Shown here piece after piece: positions 19,001-27,308 of a DNA stretch of 64,000 nucleotides. Origin of the DNA: Candidatus Poribacteria bacterium (GTDB lineage: Bacteria; Poribacteria; WGA-4E; WGA-3G). Every line of letters starts with the position of its first letter. Within the stretch, counting starts at the first letter, position 1. Below the pieces are notes generated by a model. It was not told the origin of the DNA and did not search any database. It saw only the letters and a program-made list of their open reading frames with translations. The stretch covers positions 544,001 to 608,000 of the forward strand of contig OZ219753.1 in assembly GCA_964291315.2 (NCBI GenBank), read 5' to 3'. The position numbers and the translations under genes were made by a program.

Positions 19001-19565
19001 GACCTGGCTCGATATGTCAGATCCCGCCATAGGCATTGGGCTGGTAGCAGGGCAGGAAACCCCAACCTATCAAGCCAAGTCCGGTCATGGGAACCGGCCT
19101 GTCATTAGAGTCACTTGGCATGGTGCGAGAGCGTATGCGAAGTGGGCAGGCAAAGAGCTCCCCACGGAAGCACAATGGGAGTATGCTGCGCGCGGTGGGT
19201 TAGTTGGGAAACTATACCCCGGCGGCGACACCATAGACGCTACGAAGGCAAACTATGGTCAGAACGTAGGTAGCACGACGGACGTTGGCAGTTATGCGGC
19301 GAATGGTTATGGTCTCTATGACATGGCTGGGAATGTCTGGGAGTGGTGTCTGGATACGTATGACGATGTGTTCTATCAGAGTTCTCCTACCGCGAACCCG
19401 ATGTCAGGCGATCCAGACACAATGATGGATGATGTCCGTGTCCTGCGCGGCGGCTCGTATCTCTATTCAGCCCAGACGACTCGTGTCGCAAATCGCGACC
19501 GTGGCGCACCGGTGAGTACGGGCAGAGACCTCGGTTTCCGTTGTGTGAAGCCTGTATCTCCGTAA
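16053..19565 (+). CDS. secreted protein with two N-terminal repeat domains and three non-catalytic FGE-sulfatase (SUMF1/C-lectin fold) domains
   Basis: AGGAGG RBS at 16041, signal peptide; three GMxLIPAGTF…LPTxAxWEYAARGG…NGYGLYDMAGN…RGG…GFRCV units separated by Pro/Thr linkers; no FGE catalytic cysteine pair after RGG. Confidence 0.85.
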   Translation: MRRTLVVLSVLAAFMFASVPFAAAEWQENLVTNNTLKALYVIKSTWRAADDNKGIPAGFLTRGSYRILPGKSKLFYSWDTNSIYFRISNAEHAIKANSGTTAFAFWAHPNRAFRVVSQTLDTSVTTGQLLYSDRSPDQLAQLEGFVSYTGGSEVVVTPEWVLLDGQPTAPPNDELGDDGGSPVEDVAPPAWVENIVRNEREEEIYVVFATWKVEKPRKGWPEGFRTRGSYRIPPGKGRVFHSWEDNESFFHISNADGALKPESSSGTFEFWVHPNKKFRIVSGQFENGVTQEELLYSDRAKEELEHSDGFMLYETGDSGAEVVVTSDWVSVSTLPPPPPPPAPAVPEGMVLIPAGTFQMGAPGTFESPVHSVTLDAFYMDTHEVTNTEYAAFLNAKGKHTDGNNTWIRLSGSNNSVKIRLSNGRYTPVAAYANHPVAHVSWYGAMAYAEWAGKRLPTGAEWEYAARGGLVGQTYPWGNDGNNSQNRANMRFGFKYDSMPVGSYAANGYGLYDMAGNHQELCLDTYTAYSSGAKTNPVRGATSIQALLASYKTAKGAREVRGGHWDSSLPGIKVHYRQGIKIGGDNSVTGFRCVKPVSSPSTNSNDNDAVETTPTPVETTPTPVVTPVETPAGMVLIPAGTFQMGGSGFESPVHSVTLNAFYMDAHEVTNTEYAAFLNAKRKHADAGKTWIYLSGNNNRVKIRLSSGTYTVKAGYGNHPVAHVSWYGAMAYAEWAGKRLPTGAEWEYAARGGLAGQTYPWGNDGNSLGNRANMRFGFKWDSMPVGSYTGNGYGLYDMAGNHQELCLDTYTAYSSGAKTNPLRDANSSIQALLANYLAATGTREVRGGHYDSSGGDIAVYARRGIMIGGSNSVTGFRCVIPIAPANNNNNDGESQAQAPVQTPVKVPVKKTPTPVVTPVVTPTLPPGMALIPAGTFKMGSTTGDADERPVHTVTLDAFYMDTHEVTNTQFAAFLTAKGKHIDAGKTWLDMSDPAIGIGLVAGQETPTYQAKSGHGNRPVIRVTWHGARAYAKWAGKELPTEAQWEYAARGGLVGKLYPGGDTIDATKANYGQNVGSTTDVGSYAANGYGLYDMAGNVWEWCLDTYDDVFYQSSPTANPMSGDPDTMMDDVRVLRGGSYLYSAQTTRVANRDRGAPVSTGRDLGFRCVKPVSP

Positions 19566-19628
19566 CGTTTTATGCCCTAACGCCTTTTATCATCAGGTAA
19601 ATCGCTAAAGGCATTGAAATACAAAAAC

Positions 19629-19684
19629 GGGCGTGATAGCCAGTAGGACCTCCTGCACAGCTATCACGCCCATTTTCTATTTTT
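19629..19684 (+). terminator. intrinsic terminator
   Basis: gggcgtgatagc/gctatcacgccc 12-bp stem followed by T-rich tail, preceded by an A tract. Confidence 0.75.
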
Positions 19685-20018
19685 GAGCCATCCAAGTTTT
19701 GAAGTCAACGCCCGGATAGGCAGCATAGTTCACCCAACCGATTGCCTTTTCTCAACCCTATACCTCCTTAAAAAACAGAGTAGGGCGGACGAAAAAATAG
19801 TTTAGGCGCACCTACCGGAGACGAAAATCGTGAAAATAGGACATTATAACAGTTCATGTAAACATAAACCCCCAATTTTCGTTTGTAGTTTAAGAATGAA
19901 TAAAAAAAGTGAGTCTCATAAGCAAACCACTGTTTTCTTTCTCTAAAGAACCTCCTTTTATTGCGATACAACCTTCATATCACAAAAATGCAGTAAACAG
20001 AGAAAACCGAGAATATAG

Positions 20019-23000
20019 GTGCAGATACATCCTTTGTTAAAATTCGTAGACCCGCCCATCTTAAAAGAGCAAACGCTACTGTTAAAAATTGGAATCATCT
20101 TTACCCTGGTAATTTGCGCAACTTTTGACGTTGCAGTGAACCGGATCACTGCAGAAGAGACTGCCCTAACAGAAGAAACACAAACAGAGACTACAAAATC
20201 AAGCGAACACACCGCTATCCCTGCTGATTCCGATAAACCCGAGACATCTGAGGAAAATCAGCGTTCTATCCCACCCGGACTGTCTAATCTCAATCCATTT
20301 AACGGTTGGAGCAAGTCAAAACACTTCATCTGGCAAAGCGGTAGCCAGCAGGCAGCAGGCAGCAATCAGCAAGAGGGGTGGGGCATAGATACACCACAAG
20401 AACAGACCGCACGCTCTACTGAAGACCAACAGCCGATAAATGATAGCGATCGACTCATACAACCCTATTTGGACAGCCTCCGACGATGGCGAAACCCGCT
20501 ATACCTAACCGACTTCAGCGAACTCTACAATTGGAAACCCAAGCCTAAGCAAGCAGAGGAGGGCATCGCTCTCCCAATGGATTCTAACCTCAAGATCACT
20601 GGCGTACAATCCGTAACCATAGAAGCAAACAAAACTCACTACTTCGGTGAGGGAGACCTGAACCGCTACGGGTATGGCGGCGGATACGGAAGCTACTCAT
20701 CCGGACTTGATCTAGGACTCACATCCTCCTACGGTTATGAGGACTTCGGATACAGCAGCAGCGGATTTGGCGGTGGATATGGATCAGGTGTTGGAAGCAG
20801 CTATGGCAGCTATGGCAGTGGATACAGCTCAGGATTTGGCGGCGGCTACGGCACCAGTGGCACGCCCCGAGCAACAGGCTTTAACCTGCGACAGATACAG
20901 CAATTCGGACTGCACGGACGCGTCGGGCAACGAACTCATATCTCCGTAGATTATAGCGCAGGCGGAAGCAGCTTTGGCAGCGGCGGATATGGCGGCGGAT
21001 ACGGCTTAGGTGGAACAAAAGAGCAGAAAATTAAAATCTGGTATGAAGGCACACCCGAAAGCATCATAAAAACTGTCTCATTTGGGGACATCACCCTCAG
21101 CCTGCCGAACACCCGTTTTTTGAACGTCAACCGGAATTTATTCGGGCTTGAGGGGGTTTTTGAATGGAAAAATACACGACTTACAGCTTTCGGTTCTCGC
21201 AGTAAGGGTATACGAGAGGTCCGAACCTTCCGCGGACAATCGCAACGAGCAGGCGGCAGATACGGATACGGACCACGCGGCATCCAGATCCAAGATACCA
21301 ACTATGTAAAGAGCAGATTCTATCACATACACAAAGATGAAGATGGCGAACTACATGAAGCATACCTCCCTATAAAAGCAGGAAGCGAAGAAATCTATAT
21401 CGACGACGGTGTCGTCGGAAACAACCAAGGCGGGAAACGGACAAGCCGGGGCTATTTCAACCCGCAGTTCCCCGGACAAGACTACAATATAGACCACGAA
21501 ACGGGCGAAATAGAATTTCTTACACCCATCTCGGCAAGCTACACTATTGTCGTAGCATACGAATACAACGGGAGCGGTGGCGGCAAAGTCGGCAACCCCG
21601 GCAACGTCTTCATCGACGAAAACGAAGACGGCACCATTGATGAACAAGGAGAAGAAATCGGTTACGTAGTCCTAAAAGAAAAAGGGTTTCGAGGGACTGA
21701 AGCGACACACGTTTATTGGCTCGGCAACCGAAATATTAATCCGCGCGACTTTACCCTCACAATCGTACGCCAAGGACAAGATGAGACATCCCCAACCAGC
21801 AGCGGCGCAGCACCCTACATCGAGATATTCGGCCTCGACCGAAACGGAGACGGGAATGTCGATGCCCAATTTATAGACTACGACAGAGGTTTCCTCCGAT
21901 TCCCAACAACCTACGGCATACATCCTTTTCAAATCACAGATCCAAACCACCCCTTTTATGCCTACCGGGAGGCAGTTAATAACAACGCCCTCTATCTTGA
22001 AGGCAGCCGAGCAGATGCGCAAATCTATACCATCATTGCAGACTACGCGTATCAATCAGAAACCTACAATGTAGGGATATTCGTCATACCAGAAAGTGAA
22101 ACTGTCCGCCTCAATGGACAAACCCTGATACGCGACACCGACTACATGATGGTTTATGAGGTTGGTACCCTCCGCTTCTTCAGACAGCTCGACGAGTTTG
22201 ACGAGATCGTCGTCGAATTTGAAAAGACACCCTTCGGAGGCTCAGCGCAACAGGCTATAGCCGGGGTTTGGCTAGAATACACACACAAACCGAAACCTAA
22301 ATCGGAAAGAGAACAGAGTCTCGAAGATAGGTTTAACCGACTAGGCGGCAGCCAAATCATGGACCACAGCCTCGGAGCGAGAACACAAGATGCTTTCGGA
22401 GAAGCCTTTTCAGGTAACAGAATCGGAACTTTGGGAGGGAGCAGCCTCGGCGGAGGTTTCGGACAGAGCGGCTTCGGCAGTGGATATAGCAGCTTCGGCG
22501 GCATTGGCGGCAGATCCCGAAACTACTACGGCAGCTACGGCGGGCAGATGGACCATTTCAACCCTGTTTTCAAAAAAGGATTCACACTATCAACAGGTTA
22601 TATTCTCAACACCGGGCAAAAACCCGCAGAAATACCGGATGCAAACGAGGTACCAAACCGGTTGCAAGCCTTCAATCTAAACACAAGCTTCGGCAGAGAA
22701 TTCAATATCGCCGGCGTTTTTAACCTGCTCCCTTTTGTTAAAATGCGGAACTTTCCGCTTTCACTCAATTTCAGCGGTGAAACAGCCTATTCACACAATA
22801 ATCCTAATAGTATTGGTGTCGCACTCATTGATAGTATGGAGGGCGCTAAGGAAACAACAACCATAACCACACTCAAATACAACTGGAAACACAGCAGCCT
22901 ACCTTACATCGCCCAAAATCAAACTAACTCCACAGAGCCGTCAACTTACCAGGTTATACCAACTAATGAGAACAGAGCCGTTTTTAGGATTGCCCTGAAA

Positions 23001-26000
23001 AATAAGAATGAAGCCGAAGCTGTCGGAAACTATATGCGAAACCGAGACGTACCTGCCTCTTCAATCCAACCGCTCTCTCTCTCTACCGAAGAACGTCTCA
23101 TCATGGAACTAGGCTACAGTTTCACAGACATCGCCGCAGAATGGGGCGGCTTTTCAAACGGGATCTCAGCATCAGGCGTAGACTACTCAGAACGCAGTTC
23201 CGTTGAGATGTGGCTACGCGTCCAAGGAGACGATAACATCACACTCCACTTGAACCTCGGCGCAGTGAATGAAGATACCGACCAAGACAAGCGATTGGAC
23301 AGCGAAGACCTACCCGATACACTGATGGACACAAACGGTGATGGAAGTGTCGATGCACTAGATTTAAACCTCGAAAACCTTTCAGATGCCGACCGTTATC
23401 GCGGGAACGGCACCTTGGATACAAGCGAAGACATCGGATGGAATTACAACGGACCCCTTGGCGAAATACCCATCGGCACAAATAACCAGGTATTGGACAG
23501 CGAAGACCTCAACGGGGACGGCGTACTCGACAACGTAGATGCATACTTCGAAATCTCAATGCCACTCAATGAAATTCCGAAAGAGTGGATCAAAAGTAAA
23601 AACGCGAATGACTGGATCTTTCTTAGTATTCCACTCTCACAATTTAGACCTGTCGGCTCGCGGTTGCCGAGTCTTGTGTTTGTGCAACACTTCCGATTCT
23701 GGCTGAGCAAAAATGCACCAGGAAGAGTGCAAGGCACTCTGCAGTGGGCTTCTATCGAAATTGTCGGAAACAAGTGGCAACAAGGAATAATAACCCGATC
23801 CAGCTCGCAAATCAACCCCGAGGTCGACCCCACTCTTAGCGACACCGCCCTTACACCCTCAACCGAAACGTTGTCAACAAGCACAATTGTCGAGAATACA
23901 CTCGAAAAGTTCATCGTCGGTACAAAAGATAACTTCAGCTATGACGACTATCAGAGCGCCTATCTTGACATCGAAGATAACGAACTCTTTAAAAAACTGC
24001 ACCCGTTCACAGCGACATCCCTTGGTTTCCAAACACAACAGCAACGGGAACAGACACTCAGCCTCGAATATTACCTTTTCCCAGAATCTTACGGAGTCAC
24101 CTCCAAACAATTGAAAGGTCTAACCCAAAGTGAAGGGCAAGACTTCAGCAAACATGATACCCTCCGTTTTTGGCTCTATGGTGATAATAGCGATACCACC
24201 TTCGTCTTGCAGCTTGCACCAACCGTCCCGACTAGCTATCGAAGCGCTTTTTATAGCTCAGACCCATTTATCGATCAGACACAAGAAGACGAAGTGAATG
24301 TTTTCGAAAACCTAACTGACTACTATGAATATACAGTGCCAATCGATTTCGACGGCTGGAAATTGATCGAAATCGATCTGCGCGACTTGCATAGAAACGC
24401 CTATCCAGATATCGCAGCAGGCAGCAACCATCAACAACCTGCCGGGAGTAGCGGAGAACAGCAACCACTGAACGTAACTGAAAACCAACAACCAACAACT
24501 GAATCACAAACTGCACTAGATGCACCAGACGGGCAGCCTGACGGTTTCACAATCCGCGGTAACAACAGCACAAGACTCTCCATTAAAAATATTGGCGGCA
24601 TCCTATTGGGCATCCGCAACAACACCAACCGTGAAATTAGCGGCGAAATCTGGGTCAACGAGATACACCTCGGCGACCCACTCGTCCGAGCCGGATGGGC
24701 GCGCCGCAGCAACATGTCAGTCGGACTCAGTAATATCATTAAGCTGAGGGGCGGATACGCCAGCCAAGACAAAGACTTCGAAAGCAGCGCAGGACAAGTC
24801 GGTAGACAACGACTCTCCTCGCGCGGATACAGTACCACGAATAACGACTTCAACATCGACGCCGATGTTACGCTCTTCCCATGGCTACCCATCCGATACG
24901 GCATCCGACAACAAGACACCGAAACTGAAAGCCAACGAGGTAGTTATAGCAGCTTCCAGAGCGGGAAAAGCGAAATACAGACACGAGATTTTTCTATCCA
25001 ACTTAACAGAAACCCCTTCCCCAACCTCGGATTTGCCTATAATTACCAAGACTTTTGGAACGAACAGCAGGGAACACAAATCAGCTATCTCTATACAGGA
25101 ACCTTCCGTTACGACCTCGGCTCAAAACTCGGGGTTAACGCACAATATCGACACGAGGATATACTCGCTAAACCCGAAACCGCAACACAGACATCAACAA
25201 CTTCAACCTCCTATTCCTATTATAGCTACGGTTACGGCAGAAATCGCGACGAAAAAACCGACAGCGCTACAATAGCACTAAATATCAGCCCCACAAACAT
25301 CTTCAGCCTAAACCCAACTTACGACATCAGCCGGACCCTTGAAAGACGAGAAGACCGCAATTACACTAGCAATATAGAAACAGAACCTGAAACGCCCGAA
25401 ACTCAAAAAGAGGAAACGAATAACTTTTCAATCACGCAACGCGAACATCGCTTAGCACTTACACCCCGACTCAATCGCGATTTGCTCGGCATGCGCCCTA
25501 CTGTCACTAGCCGAATGAGCTTTCGCGAAAATTGGTTCAGCCAGGAAAAAAGCGCTTCACTCAACGGAAACGTCAGTATTGGAATGAACCTACGCATCGA
25601 AAAATGGTTTGGATGGCTTCTCAGAAACGGAACAAACGAAATAAACGAAACACCGGAAAACAGCCCACAATCTGCAACCAGCCACCAACAGCCACCAGAG
25701 GACGCTGGAGCTAAAAGCACCACATCTGCCACAGATGAGATGCCGACACTCCACAACGAACAATCAACAACGCTCAGGGAACACCTACGAGAAAGCGGGA
25801 TCGATGAAACACAAATCCAAGAACTCGAAGAAAACCTCGGCGATTGGATCGAACGCGACAAGAATGAGGCACCCCCCGCAGAGGCAATCTCAAACCGAGT
25901 ATCAGAAACAACAGATGGGATGCTGAACCGAATCCTAAAAAGTTTCACCGTAAGCACAAACGCCAACTTTACCGCATCCGAATCTTATCGGCAACTCGCG

Positions 26001-26747
26001 GGTAACCAGTCAATCATAGAAATCTATTCGCTCGCTGAGGATGCTAAAGAACGCACAAACTCGCAGCGGAGTAACCGTTACACAATGCGAACCTCGGTAG
26101 AACCGTGGAAATGGGTATCCCTCGGTGCAAACGTCAACACCACTGATAGCTTCCGAAAAAGCACTGGAACCATTTATACATCGCATGCCGAATCATACGA
26201 AGGCAACCTAAAACTAAGCGCCCAAGAAACTACTAGTTTTCAAATACGTTACAGCTTCACAAAGCGAGATAATACAACACAGAAAGCGACTCTCAGCGAC
26301 AGCACCGCCCACACACCATCGCTCAGCTGGATACATACTTGGGGAAAAGAGACACGGACAGCACTCGGGATACGAACTACCTTCCAAGATCAACAGCGAA
26401 GTGGCATTCAAAGCAACGCTTTCATTGTCACCCCAAACCTGAGCGTTGACTACCGTTACCACACAGAAAATGGCATACGCCTCCCCTTTATCGGTAGAAT
26501 TCCACTCAAACACGACCTAGAATTAACCAACACGCTCTCCTGGGCCATTCGGAGGGAGCAATTCGGCGCAAATCGCGAAGAACGCTCAGAACGATATGAA
26601 ACAACCCTACGAGTCGGATACAAAATTAGTACACATATCACCGCAAACTTCCACCTCGGTGTCAGCTACAATAACGATAGGGTCGAAGAAGGTAGAGACT
26701 TCCTCTCAATCGCAAGTGCATTGACGATCCGCGGGGAAATTCAATGA
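20019..26747 (+). CDS. sprA: SprA/Sov-like type IX secretion outer-membrane translocon homolog
   Basis: 2242 aa; colinear SprA-like blocks KIWYEG…IIKTVSFGDITLSL…LFG, IPESETVRLNG…DY…G, LNLGAVNED, SEDLNGDGVLD…YFE, EIWVNE…GWA; amphipathic beta-strand C-terminal third. Confidence 0.7.
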   Translation: MQIHPLLKFVDPPILKEQTLLLKIGIIFTLVICATFDVAVNRITAEETALTEETQTETTKSSEHTAIPADSDKPETSEENQRSIPPGLSNLNPFNGWSKSKHFIWQSGSQQAAGSNQQEGWGIDTPQEQTARSTEDQQPINDSDRLIQPYLDSLRRWRNPLYLTDFSELYNWKPKPKQAEEGIALPMDSNLKITGVQSVTIEANKTHYFGEGDLNRYGYGGGYGSYSSGLDLGLTSSYGYEDFGYSSSGFGGGYGSGVGSSYGSYGSGYSSGFGGGYGTSGTPRATGFNLRQIQQFGLHGRVGQRTHISVDYSAGGSSFGSGGYGGGYGLGGTKEQKIKIWYEGTPESIIKTVSFGDITLSLPNTRFLNVNRNLFGLEGVFEWKNTRLTAFGSRSKGIREVRTFRGQSQRAGGRYGYGPRGIQIQDTNYVKSRFYHIHKDEDGELHEAYLPIKAGSEEIYIDDGVVGNNQGGKRTSRGYFNPQFPGQDYNIDHETGEIEFLTPISASYTIVVAYEYNGSGGGKVGNPGNVFIDENEDGTIDEQGEEIGYVVLKEKGFRGTEATHVYWLGNRNINPRDFTLTIVRQGQDETSPTSSGAAPYIEIFGLDRNGDGNVDAQFIDYDRGFLRFPTTYGIHPFQITDPNHPFYAYREAVNNNALYLEGSRADAQIYTIIADYAYQSETYNVGIFVIPESETVRLNGQTLIRDTDYMMVYEVGTLRFFRQLDEFDEIVVEFEKTPFGGSAQQAIAGVWLEYTHKPKPKSEREQSLEDRFNRLGGSQIMDHSLGARTQDAFGEAFSGNRIGTLGGSSLGGGFGQSGFGSGYSSFGGIGGRSRNYYGSYGGQMDHFNPVFKKGFTLSTGYILNTGQKPAEIPDANEVPNRLQAFNLNTSFGREFNIAGVFNLLPFVKMRNFPLSLNFSGETAYSHNNPNSIGVALIDSMEGAKETTTITTLKYNWKHSSLPYIAQNQTNSTEPSTYQVIPTNENRAVFRIALKNKNEAEAVGNYMRNRDVPASSIQPLSLSTEERLIMELGYSFTDIAAEWGGFSNGISASGVDYSERSSVEMWLRVQGDDNITLHLNLGAVNEDTDQDKRLDSEDLPDTLMDTNGDGSVDALDLNLENLSDADRYRGNGTLDTSEDIGWNYNGPLGEIPIGTNNQVLDSEDLNGDGVLDNVDAYFEISMPLNEIPKEWIKSKNANDWIFLSIPLSQFRPVGSRLPSLVFVQHFRFWLSKNAPGRVQGTLQWASIEIVGNKWQQGIITRSSSQINPEVDPTLSDTALTPSTETLSTSTIVENTLEKFIVGTKDNFSYDDYQSAYLDIEDNELFKKLHPFTATSLGFQTQQQREQTLSLEYYLFPESYGVTSKQLKGLTQSEGQDFSKHDTLRFWLYGDNSDTTFVLQLAPTVPTSYRSAFYSSDPFIDQTQEDEVNVFENLTDYYEYTVPIDFDGWKLIEIDLRDLHRNAYPDIAAGSNHQQPAGSSGEQQPLNVTENQQPTTESQTALDAPDGQPDGFTIRGNNSTRLSIKNIGGILLGIRNNTNREISGEIWVNEIHLGDPLVRAGWARRSNMSVGLSNIIKLRGGYASQDKDFESSAGQVGRQRLSSRGYSTTNNDFNIDADVTLFPWLPIRYGIRQQDTETESQRGSYSSFQSGKSEIQTRDFSIQLNRNPFPNLGFAYNYQDFWNEQQGTQISYLYTGTFRYDLGSKLGVNAQYRHEDILAKPETATQTSTTSTSYSYYSYGYGRNRDEKTDSATIALNISPTNIFSLNPTYDISRTLERREDRNYTSNIETEPETPETQKEETNNFSITQREHRLALTPRLNRDLLGMRPTVTSRMSFRENWFSQEKSASLNGNVSIGMNLRIEKWFGWLLRNGTNEINETPENSPQSATSHQQPPEDAGAKSTTSATDEMPTLHNEQSTTLREHLRESGIDETQIQELEENLGDWIERDKNEAPPAEAISNRVSETTDGMLNRILKSFTVSTNANFTASESYRQLAGNQSIIEIYSLAEDAKERTNSQRSNRYTMRTSVEPWKWVSLGANVNTTDSFRKSTGTIYTSHAESYEGNLKLSAQETTSFQIRYSFTKRDNTTQKATLSDSTAHTPSLSWIHTWGKETRTALGIRTTFQDQQRSGIQSNAFIVTPNLSVDYRYHTENGIRLPFIGRIPLKHDLELTNTLSWAIRREQFGANREERSERYETTLRVGYKISTHITANFHLGVSYNNDRVEEGRDFLSIASALTIRGEIQ

Positions 26748-26867
26748 TGAATGCTTGTCGGAATATGCATCATATAGAAACCTGCAAGCCACCGTTCCTA
26801 ATAGAATTAAGTGGAGGCAGGAAAGAATGAGGAATAAGGGCATCCGCGATTTTTAGCGAAAAAAGAT

Positions 26868-26896
26868 TTGACATGATTCGCGGTTTAAGATATAAT
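26868..26896 (+). promoter_or_regulatory. perfect-consensus sigma70 promoter
   Basis: TTGACA-17 nt-TATAAT. Confidence 0.8.
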
Positions 26897-26935
26897 TTGG
26901 GCTTAAAAAGATTTAGCGGAGCTATGCCACACACT

Positions 26936-26964
26936 TGTAGCATAGACTGTCAGACTGTGCTACA
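26936..26964. repeat. REP-like palindrome (GTAG family)
   Basis: tgtagcatag-actgtcaga-ctgtgctaca imperfect inverted repeat. Confidence 0.65.
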
Positions 26965-27143
26965 CCCTTGCAGTATAACCTACTCTTACAGCAGAGACTG
27001 TTGGTCTAAGGATGCTGCATCTGCGTGGAAAAGTCTCTGTGAGTGGTAACCTCACAACGCGTTGGGGAGAGCTGGAATCGTCTGACATATCGGAGACACA
27101 ACGGTTAAACACAGATAAGATACATCTGAAACCGACTAACCGA

Positions 27144-27184
27144 ACGTTGGGGGTGGAACGCCTGTTTCACCCCCAACGTCTTTT
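27144..27184 (+). terminator. intrinsic terminator
   Basis: acgttgggggtggaac-gcct-gtttcacccccaacgt 16-bp stem followed by ctttt. Confidence 0.8.
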
Positions 27185-27214
27185 AACCGCAGCCGCTATT
27201 GTGTTAGAAGACCT

Positions 27215-27288
27215 GAAGAGGCACAGATTGACAGTTTATGATACAAGTGCTGAAGAGGCATAGGAAACTAACAGAATGTGCTACAAAT
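27215..27288 (+). repeat. two tandem degenerate REP-like copies
   Basis: gaagaggcacagattgacagtttatgatacaagt and gaagaggcataggaaactaacagaatgtgctacaaat. Confidence 0.55.
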
Positions 27289-27308
27289 GCCTTTTGCGAT
27301 TAAGGATA

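Larger units (their letters stand above)
26903..27184 (+). ncRNA. candidate small RNA, family unknown
   Basis: Lies between a consensus promoter and a strong terminator; internal helices cagagact/agtctctg, tgtgag/ctcaca, cagat/atctg; no convincing long ORF. Confidence 0.4.

Noticed and set aside
17094-19565. Catalytic formylglycine-generating enzyme
   Set aside because: The cysteine pair after RGGS required for FGE activity is absent in all three domains
16053-20018. Complete diversity-generating retroelement at the FGE-domain gene
   Set aside because: No reverse transcriptase or non-coding template repeat in the window; the three copies are all coding and no template is available to test adenine specificity
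27060-27184. tmRNA or RNase P RNA
   Set aside because: Only loose resemblance (ggggagagctggaatcg; ggaaaagtc); no T-arm/CCA end and no RNase P 3' consensus
27012-27263. 83-aa ORF from the track
   Set aside because: Runs through a terminator hairpin and REP-like copies, with no recognisable motif
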